In this document: piece after piece, positions 42,599 to 48,558 of the stretch
Position numbering within the stretch: the stretch's first letter is position 1
How the letters are laid out: each line of letters begins with the position of its first letter
Assembly: GCA_035700025.1 (NCBI GenBank)
Contig: DASSOY010000072.1
Coordinates: 80,771-144,770 of the forward strand
Reading direction: 5' to 3'
Source: Bacillales bacterium
Lineage (GTDB): Bacteria > Bacillota > Bacilli > Bacillales > DASSOY01
Length of the DNA: 64,000 bases
The notes under the pieces: generated by a model
What the model was told of the DNA's origin: nothing
Databases searched by the model: none
The model's input: only the letters and a program-made list of their open reading frames with translations
Translations under genes and position numbers: made by a program

Positions 42599-43072
42599 TT
42601 ATTTGCTTTCGCCGGCACGTCTGTCGAGAAGCGAGCCGAACCGCGACTCATCGAAAAAGGAACGATAAGGGGCAAGATCAATTTGTTTTCGTTCGAGCGT
42701 TTTGATCAACCATCGGTGATCCTTTTTCGGGGTTGCGAGAATGTATCCGCGCACGATCAAGTCTTGATCGATTTTCGCTGCTCGTTCCCGGATGGCGAGT
42801 TCGCCGATTTTTGCGGCGATTTTGTGCCTGGCGAGGTCACGGAACAGTTGGGGCACCGGAGCGACGAGCTCTTCGAGAAGCTGCTTTTGTTCCGGCGTCC
42901 ATAAATGTTTCGTCTCGTTTACGTAATGCTCTTGCCAATCCATGATCGACCGGCCGTCTTCTTTCGGAAGTTTTTTCAAAAATTTGCGGAACATGAAAAA
43001 CCCGCCGATCGCCATGAAACCGACCATGCAAACGGTCCAAAAGGCGATGAACCACATGAATAAATCCGTCAT
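42599..43072 (-). CDS. YneK-like (DUF2621-type) membrane-anchored protein
   Basis: ATG 43072 follows GAAGAGGGGAA. MTDLFMWFIAFWTVCMVGFMAIGGFFMF is the TM segment, followed by a soluble domain. Its position after ccdC matches yneK in B. subtilis. The family name is from memory. Confidence 0.65.
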   Translation of the reverse strand: MTDLFMWFIAFWTVCMVGFMAIGGFFMFRKFLKKLPKEDGRSIMDWQEHYVNETKHLWTPEQKQLLEELVAPVPQLFRDLARHKIAAKIGELAIRERAAKIDQDLIVRGYILATPKKDHRWLIKTLERKQIDLAPYRSFFDESRFGSLLDRRAGESK

Positions 43073-43350
43073 CCGGATTCCCCTCTTCAAATAAACTCTC
43101 ATCCGTACGCTATCGCCATTATAGACGCCGTGATCCCGAAAAATCAAGCCGAATCGCCGTTTCCTGGAAGATTGACATAACTCAGCTTATGTTAATGCTG
43201 TAACTGTTGCCGAAATGGCAAAATCTGAGTCGGTTTGAATAGAACAGTTGATAACTTGGCGATAGAACAGTTTATGGACTATAACAGCCTGTGTTTCAGA
43301 CTGATACAGCGTTATACGGCATCTGCATAAATATACATAAATGAATGAAG

Positions 43351-43396
43351 TTATACACATTTATCCACAACGACAAGTTATACACAGTTGTCCACA
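43351..43396 (+). repeat. Cluster of four same-orientation DnaA-box-like 9-mers arranged as a 22 nt imperfect direct repeat
   Basis: TTATACACA (43351), TTATCCACA (43361, perfect consensus), TTATACACA (43378) and TTGTCCACA (43388). The units AGTTATACACATTTATCCACAA and AGTTATACACAGTTGTCCACAA are 20/22 identical and separated by CGACA. Confidence 0.6.
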
Positions 43397-43401
43397 AAGG
43401 C

Positions 43402-43427
43402 AAAAAAATAATACCTTACCCAGGTAT
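43402..43427 (-). terminator. Rho-independent terminator downstream of selC
   Basis: On the minus strand: ATACCT-GGGTA-AGGTAT followed by TATTTTTTTG. Confidence 0.6.
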
Positions 43428-43478
43428 ATTTGGAAATTCGTTCCTATGTGAGACGGTTGGTGATTGGCGAAAAAAAAT

Positions 43479-43575
43479 TGGCGGGACCGTGTGGGAATCG
43501 AACCCACCGGAGACGGCACGCGCCTCCCGCAGGGCTTTGAAGGCCCGGGGGGACACCAGCACCCCAGCCGGCCCC
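43479..43575 (-). tRNA. selC: tRNA-Sec (anticodon UCA)
   Basis: The minus strand reads GGGGCCGGCTGGGGTGCTGGTGTCCCCCCGGGCCTTCAAAGCCCTGCGGGAGGCGCGTGCCGTCTCCGGTGGGTTCGATTCCCACACGGTCCCGCCA. Anticodon loop is CTTCAAA (TCA is the complement of 43538-43540). Extra arm is a 7 bp stem, GGAGGCG/CGTCTCC. T arm is GTGGG-TTCGATT-CCCAC. The long acceptor stem ends in encoded CCA. Total length 97 nt. Confidence 0.88.
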
Positions 43576-43596
43576 GAGAATCCGGAAGGGAATTTT

Positions 43597-43626
43597 ATTA
43601 TAAGGGCTCGAAAAAAGAAAAAGCAA
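43597..43626 (-). promoter_or_regulatory. Candidate promoter of selC
   Basis: On the minus strand: TTGCTT, 18 nt spacer, TATAAT, about 15-20 nt upstream of the mature tRNA 5' end. Confidence 0.45.
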
Positions 43627-43637
43627 GGAAAAGAACA

Positions 43638-43646
43638 TGGTATAAT
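43638..43646 (+). promoter_or_regulatory. Extended -10 promoter of selB
   Basis: TGgTATAAT, about 37 nt before the selB GTG. No good -35. It sits back to back with the selC promoter. Confidence 0.5.
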
Positions 43647-43682
43647 GCCGATACAAACATGGGAAACGCGGAGGTGTCGGAT

Positions 43683-45599
43683 GTGAAGCACTATACGGTC
43701 GGCATGGCGGGGCATATTGATCACGGGAAAACGGCGTTGACGAAGGCTTTGACCGGCGTCGACACCGATCGATTGAAAGCGGAAAAAGAACGAGGCGTAT
43801 CGATTGAGCCGGGGTACGCCCGACTCGATTTGGATGAGGAAATGCAAGTTTCGATCATTGACGTGCCGGGCCATGAACGTTTTATTCGACAAATGATCGC
43901 CGGGGTGGCCGGCATTGATCTCGTTGTTCTCGTCGTGGCAGCCGATGAAGGCGTGATGCCGCAAACGGAAGAACATTTGGAAATCTTGACTTATCTCGGC
44001 GTCGAAAACGGCATCGTCGTGATCACGAAATGCGAGAAGGCCGATGAGGAGATTCTCGAGCTCGTGAAAGAGGACGTCCGAGAAACGTTAAGCGACTGCT
44101 CATTGGCGGAAGCCGAAATCGTGTGCGTGGACAGCCTGTCCGGACGCGGCATGGCGACGTTGAAACAGCTGTTTCGAAAAAAACTGCCCGGAGTGGCGCC
44201 GCGAAAAAGGCAAGGGCCGTTGCGTCTGCCGATTGATCAAGTGTTTACGATCCACGGTCAAGGAACGATCGTGCGCGGCACGATCGTCGAGGGGACGGTA
44301 AAGGAAGGAGAAACGTTGACGGTCTATCCCGAAAGGCAGTCGGTACGCGTACGGCAAATTCAAGTGCAGCATGAACGGGTGAAACAGGCCGGCGCCGGAC
44401 AGCGGGCAGCGATCAACGTTAGCGGCTTGTCTAAGCAAGAGCTGCATCGCGGCGACGTGTTGGTCGGTTCGGACGCTGATTGGACGACGAAGCGACTCGA
44501 TGTGAAGGTAACCGCTTCCCGCAAGCTGCGACACCACGTGAAGCAACGAGCCCCGATTCGCCTTCATATCGGCACCGCACAGGCGAAAGGGAAGATGGTT
44601 TTTTTCGACCGAAAACAGTTGGAAGCCGGGGAAGAAGCTTACGTTCAGCTGCAGTTGGAAGAGCCGATTGTCGCTGTGAATGGCGATCGTTTCATCATAA
44701 GGCGGCCGACACCGGCGGAAACGATTGGCGGCGGGAAAGTCATCGAAGCGAAAGCGGAGAAACACCGGTTTGGCGAAGAAACGATCCAACGATTGAAAAA
44801 GAGAAGTGAAGGTACGCTGGAAGAAGCGGTGCTTGATCGGTTTGAACAGGAAGGCGCCCTCGCGGAACAGCAGATCTCCGATGCGTTTCGGGTGTATGGC
44901 GAACCGCTGAAGCAGCTGTTGGCAACGCTGCATGAGCGCGGGGTGATTCGGTTGATCGGTGATGGTCAATGGGTGTACCGACGTGCGTTCGATGAAGTCC
45001 AAAACGACATGATTGACCAATTGAAAGACTATCATGAACGATATCCGTTGCGCCGCGGCATTGAGAAAGCGGAAATGCTCAACCGTTTGAAAGGATCGGA
45101 AACGGTGAAGGAAGCGGCTCTTGAAGCGCTCGTTGCGAGCGAACGCGTGAACAGGCACGGACCTGTATTGGCATTGGCGGCGTTCGTGCCGGCAATGCCG
45201 AAAGCTTTCGAAAAACGATTGAAGCGGTTGACGGCGGAAATGGAGGAAGCGGGGCTCGAAGTCGATCATTGGCAGGCGCTCGTCGAGATGCACGGCCTGC
45301 CGGAAACGGTCGCCGCGGATTTTCGTGCGTTTTTGCTGGAGCAAAACAAGGCGGTGAAGCTCGGTGACTTTGCGTTAGTTCACCGGGAGGCGTTCCGTTC
45401 TGCGGTGCGTCGTTTATTCGAACATACCGGCGGGGCCCCGTTTGATGTGAAAACGGCGAAAGCGGCGCTTGACGTATCACGCAAATATTTGATTCCGCTT
45501 CTTGAGCGAATGGACGCGATGCAAATGACCGTTCGCACCGGAAATGAACGAAAATGGATCGATCGCGGTGTGCGCGGTTGGCTGAAACGAGAAAACTGA
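43683..45599 (+). CDS. selB: Selenocysteine-specific translation elongation factor SelB
   Basis: GTG 43683 is 6 nt after GGAGGTG. (M)KHYTVGMAGHIDHGKTALTKALTG, DVPGHERF and VITKCE are the GTPase motifs. An EF-Tu-like domain II/III follows, then a roughly 280 aa C-terminal extension of the kind that binds SECIS. The ORF-track start at 43464 runs across the tRNA-Sec gene. Confidence 0.92.
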   Translation: MKHYTVGMAGHIDHGKTALTKALTGVDTDRLKAEKERGVSIEPGYARLDLDEEMQVSIIDVPGHERFIRQMIAGVAGIDLVVLVVAADEGVMPQTEEHLEILTYLGVENGIVVITKCEKADEEILELVKEDVRETLSDCSLAEAEIVCVDSLSGRGMATLKQLFRKKLPGVAPRKRQGPLRLPIDQVFTIHGQGTIVRGTIVEGTVKEGETLTVYPERQSVRVRQIQVQHERVKQAGAGQRAAINVSGLSKQELHRGDVLVGSDADWTTKRLDVKVTASRKLRHHVKQRAPIRLHIGTAQAKGKMVFFDRKQLEAGEEAYVQLQLEEPIVAVNGDRFIIRRPTPAETIGGGKVIEAKAEKHRFGEETIQRLKKRSEGTLEEAVLDRFEQEGALAEQQISDAFRVYGEPLKQLLATLHERGVIRLIGDGQWVYRRAFDEVQNDMIDQLKDYHERYPLRRGIEKAEMLNRLKGSETVKEAALEALVASERVNRHGPVLALAAFVPAMPKAFEKRLKRLTAEMEEAGLEVDHWQALVEMHGLPETVAADFRAFLLEQNKAVKLGDFALVHREAFRSAVRRLFEHTGGAPFDVKTAKAALDVSRKYLIPLLERMDAMQMTVRTGNERKWIDRGVRGWLKREN

Positions 45600-45620
45600 C
45601 GGGCATTCCCGTCAGTTTTT
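45596..45620. terminator. Bidirectional terminator shared by convergent selB and selD
   Basis: CTGACGGG-CATT-CCCGTCAG, flanked by AAAA and TTTTT. The selB TGA (45597-45599) and the selD TGA (complement of 45612-45614) lie in opposite arms. Confidence 0.8.
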
Positions 45621-46658
45621 CACGGTCAACGTGTGCGGTCCCGCTTTCACGACTTCGCCGATGATTGCCGTATCGCCGCTGCCCGCCGCTTTCATTGCTT
45701 TCACATAAGTTTCCGCTGCCCGCCGCGGCAGGCTGACGAGCAACCCGCCGGACGTGACTGCGTCGCAAAGGATCCATTGCATCACTTCGTCGATATCGTC
45801 CGCGTAGGCTACGTCATTTTTTAACCATGCGTGGTTTTTCTTTGTGCCGCCCGGCACTTGCTTTAATTCCGCCAACACGCGCGTCCCTTCGAGAACGGGG
45901 ATGCTGCCGGCATCGATGATGAAACTGACGCCGCTTCCTTTCGCCATCTCGCACGCGTGGCCAAGCAAGCCGAAGCCGGTGACGTCCGTCACGGCATGCA
46001 CATCTACGCCTTTTAACAACCTTGCGGCATCCGCGTTCAACGTCGTCATCACGTCCGTGACTTTATTCAACCGGTCCGCGTTCAGTTTTCCATTTTTCAA
46101 AGCCGTTGTCTGAATGCCGACGCCGATCGGCTTCGTCAGGACGAGTACATCGCCTTCTTTCGCTCCGACGTTTCGGTGAAAGCGTTCCGGATGGACGATC
46201 CCTGTCACCGACAGCCCGAACTTCGGTTCCTGATCATCGATCGAGTGGCCGCCGACGACGACTGCGCCAGCTTCTTCTACTTTTATCGCCGATCCTTGCA
46301 AAATGTCCAGCAATATAGACTCGTCCAACTGCTTGATCGGAAATCCGACGAGATTGAGTGCCGTTTTCGGTTCGCCGCCCATTGCGTAAACGTCGCTTAG
46401 TGCATTGGCGGCGGCGATCTGCCCGAATGTGTACGGGTCATCGACGATCGGCGTAAAGAAATCGACCGTTTGGATGAGGGCAATCTCGCCGCTGATTTTG
46501 TAAACGCCGGCATCGTCGCTCGTCTCGGTTCCGACAAGAAGATTCGGGTCTTTCGTTGTCTTCGGAAGGTGACGCAAAACTTGCGTCAAATCGCTCGGTG
46601 CGATTTTGCAGCCTCAACCGCCTTTCGAGCTCAACGTCGTCAATCGGATGTTCGCCAT
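45612..46658 (-). CDS. selD: Selenide, water dikinase SelD, itself a selenoprotein (Sec15 encoded by TGA)
   Basis: Upstream of ORF 45612..46589 the same frame reads ATG(46658) A N I R L T T L S S K G G TGA G C K I A P S D L T Q V L R H L. This is the SelD N-terminal motif G-[C/U]-G-C-K with TGA (complement of 46614-46616) at the catalytic Cys/Sec position. RBS GGTGAGG. Total 348 codons. AIR-synthase-like body (DDAGVY, DFFTPIVDDP). Confidence 0.9.
46571..46587 (-). promoter_or_regulatory. Candidate bacterial SECIS hairpin of selD
   Basis: mRNA UGACGCA-AGUUU-UGCGUCA (7 bp stem). The core GACGCAAGUUUUGCGUC given by these coordinates starts 26 nt after the UGA, and the flanking U-A pair lies just outside them. 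The loop G lies about 34 nt from the UGA. Confidence 0.6.
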
Positions 46659-46694
46659 CGTTGCCTCACCGCCTTTTCGTTAATCTCCATGCTC

Positions 46695-46723
46695 ATCTTA
46701 TTTTCTCACGAACAAACCGTCAA
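46695..46723 (-). promoter_or_regulatory. Candidate sigma-A promoter of selD
   Basis: On the minus strand: TTGACG, 17 nt spacer, TAAGAT, about 35 nt upstream of the selD ATG. Confidence 0.4.
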
Positions 46724-46754
46724 ATTCAATTGCGGAGGCAACGGTTTCATATTT

Positions 46755-46783
46755 TTTACGCAACAAGACGGGTATTATACAAT
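46755..46783 (+). promoter_or_regulatory. Candidate sigma-A promoter of the selW-like/selA/trxB-like unit
   Basis: TTTACG (46755-46760), 17 nt spacer, TACAAT (46778-46783). Confidence 0.5.
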
Positions 46784-46807
46784 AGAAAGAAAAAGGAGGG
46801 ATGCTCT

Positions 46808-47059
46808 GTGAAGTATCATGTGTCGATCGAATTTTGCATGCAATGAAACTACGCGCCAAAAGCCGCGAGTTTCGCGGAACAGTTATTCACTCATTATCGG
46901 GGGCAGTCGAACAGCATCGAACGGATCGAGCTGATCCCCGGTTCCGGAGGCGCCTTCGAAGTCAAGGTCAACGGGAAGCTGTTGTATTCAAAATACGAGA
47001 CGGGCGTGTTCCCGGAAGCCGAAAAGGTAATCAAGCAGATGGAGGCGATTGCCGGCTAA
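46808..47059 (+). CDS. SelW/Rdx-family selenoprotein (CxxU redox motif; Sec13 encoded by TGA)
   Basis: GTG 46808 is 8 nt after AAGGAGG. The frame reads (M)KYHVSIEFCMQ-TGA-NYAPKAASFAEQLFTHYRGQSNSIERIELIPGSGGAFEVKVNGKLLYSKYETGVFPEAEKVIKQMEAIAG, then TAA at 47057-47059. The TGA at 46844-46846 completes a C-M-Q-U motif, and LIPGSGGAFEV and LYSK..TG.FPE are typical of bacterial SelW-like proteins. The ORF track shows only fragments (46556..46846 and an out-of-frame 46801..47088). Confidence 0.85.
46863..46877 (+). promoter_or_regulatory. Candidate bacterial SECIS hairpin of the selW-like gene
   Basis: CCGCG-AGUUU-CGCGG starts 16 nt after the UGA, with the loop G about 23 nt from the UGA. The loop is the same as in the selD hairpin. 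Confidence 0.6.
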
Positions 47060-47084
47060 TCGCGATCCCCGTATGGAGGAAGAT

Positions 47085-48488
47085 ATGAATCGATTAATGC
47101 GCATGCTGCCTGCCGTGCACGTTTTGCAGGAACATCCAAAATTCAATGAATGGGCACAGCGTTTCGAGATTTCCGAGACATTTTTGACAGAGGAGCTGCG
47201 CGCGGAACTTCAACAACTGCGCGAAGCTTTATTGGCCGGAACGTGGAAAGGCGAACCGACGGCTGAAGCGTTGACGGCGCATCTTTTCGAAAAATTGGCC
47301 GAGCGGCTCGAGTCGTATCGTGCGAACAAGCTGACGCCGGTGATCAACGGCACCGGTGTCGTCCTCCATACGAATTTAGGGAGGGCCAGGTTGAGCGACG
47401 AGGCTGTACAGGCGGTCACGAGAGCGGCGGTGAATTACTCGAGTTTGGAGTTCAATCGTGAAACAGGAAAGCGCGGGTCGCGCCACGATCTTGTTGAACC
47501 GTATGTTTGCCGGTTGACTGGCGCGGAAGCGGCCATGGTCGTGAACAATAACGCGGCTGCGGTTTTTCTTGTTTTGTCGGCTTTGGCTTCAGATCGCAAA
47601 GTGATCGTTTCGCGTGGTCAACTCGTCGAAATCGGCGGATCTTTTCGCGTGTCTTCGATCATGGAGGAAAGCGGCGCGCTGCTCGTAGAAGTAGGCACGA
47701 CGAATAAGACGCGATTGCATGACTACGAGGAAGCGGTCGATGAAGAAACCGCGATGATTATGAAAGTACATACGAGTAATTTCACGATTCGCGGGTTCAC
47801 GGAAACCGTGGATACCGCCCCGTTGGCAAAATTGGCCGCCGATCGCGAATGCGTTTATTACGAAGATCTCGGGAGCGGAGCGATTTACGATTTCCGCGCA
47901 GAAGGCATCGGGAAAGAGCCGCTCGTTGCTGAAGTGCTCGCGAAAGGCGCAGATCTCGTTTCGTTCAGCGGCGACAAGCTTTTCGGCGGCCCGCAAGCGG
48001 GGATTATCGCTGGAAAAAAACAGCTAATCGAGCGGTTGAAGAAGCATCAATTGGCCCGTGTTCTGCGTGTTGATAAAATGACTTTGGCCGCGCTCGAGGC
48101 AACGATGAAAGCTTATCTATTCGGAAAAGCGCAAACAACGATTCCGGTCATCCGCGATATGACCGCTACTGTTGCCGACATCCGTGCGCGTGCAGAACGA
48201 TTTGTTTCGTACGCCAATCGTACCGTTCCAGCGTTTCGGTTCGCTGTAAGAGAAGAAACGTCCAAGGTCGGGGGCGGGACAATGCCGGATGTCGCTTTGC
48301 CAACTTGCGGCGTCACCATTGTACATCCGCAATGGACAACGCAAATGGTTTTGGATCACTTGCGAAGTCACGAACCACCTGTGATCGGCCGCGTCGCCTC
48401 CGAAAAAGCGTTCCTCGATTTTCGAACGATTCGCGAAGACGAGTGCGAATCGGTATTGTCGGCGCTTCGCGAACCCGTCGATCAATAG
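47085..48488 (+). CDS. selA: L-seryl-tRNA(Sec) selenium transferase SelA
   Basis: ATG 47085 follows GGAGGA. MNRLMRMLPAVHVLQ, NNNAAAVFL and the PLP-lysine context SFSGDKLFGGPQAGIIAGKK. Confidence 0.92.
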   Translation: MNRLMRMLPAVHVLQEHPKFNEWAQRFEISETFLTEELRAELQQLREALLAGTWKGEPTAEALTAHLFEKLAERLESYRANKLTPVINGTGVVLHTNLGRARLSDEAVQAVTRAAVNYSSLEFNRETGKRGSRHDLVEPYVCRLTGAEAAMVVNNNAAAVFLVLSALASDRKVIVSRGQLVEIGGSFRVSSIMEESGALLVEVGTTNKTRLHDYEEAVDEETAMIMKVHTSNFTIRGFTETVDTAPLAKLAADRECVYYEDLGSGAIYDFRAEGIGKEPLVAEVLAKGADLVSFSGDKLFGGPQAGIIAGKKQLIERLKKHQLARVLRVDKMTLAALEATMKAYLFGKAQTTIPVIRDMTATVADIRARAERFVSYANRTVPAFRFAVREETSKVGGGTMPDVALPTCGVTIVHPQWTTQMVLDHLRSHEPPVIGRVASEKAFLDFRTIREDECESVLSALREPVDQ

Positions 48489-48558
48489 AGGCCGTTTTAC
48501 TTCACGGCCGTTGAGGGAATATTATGGAGAAGAACGACGAACCGAGGAGGTATGGCGA

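Noticed and set aside
43345-43686. A 113 aa ORF, and the 43464 start of the 711 aa selB ORF.
   Set aside because: Both run through the DnaA-box repeat, the selC terminator and the antisense of tRNA-Sec. There is no RBS. The SelB G-domain begins right after GTG 43683, which has a GGAGGTG RBS.
46801-47088. A 95 aa ORF (MLCEVSCVDRILHAMKLRAK...) across the selD-selA gap.
   Set aside because: Its ATG is 1 nt from the Shine-Dalgarno sequence and its product is an Arg-rich nonsense-like sequence. The +1 frame from GTG 46808 gives a conserved SelW-like protein once TGA is read as Sec.
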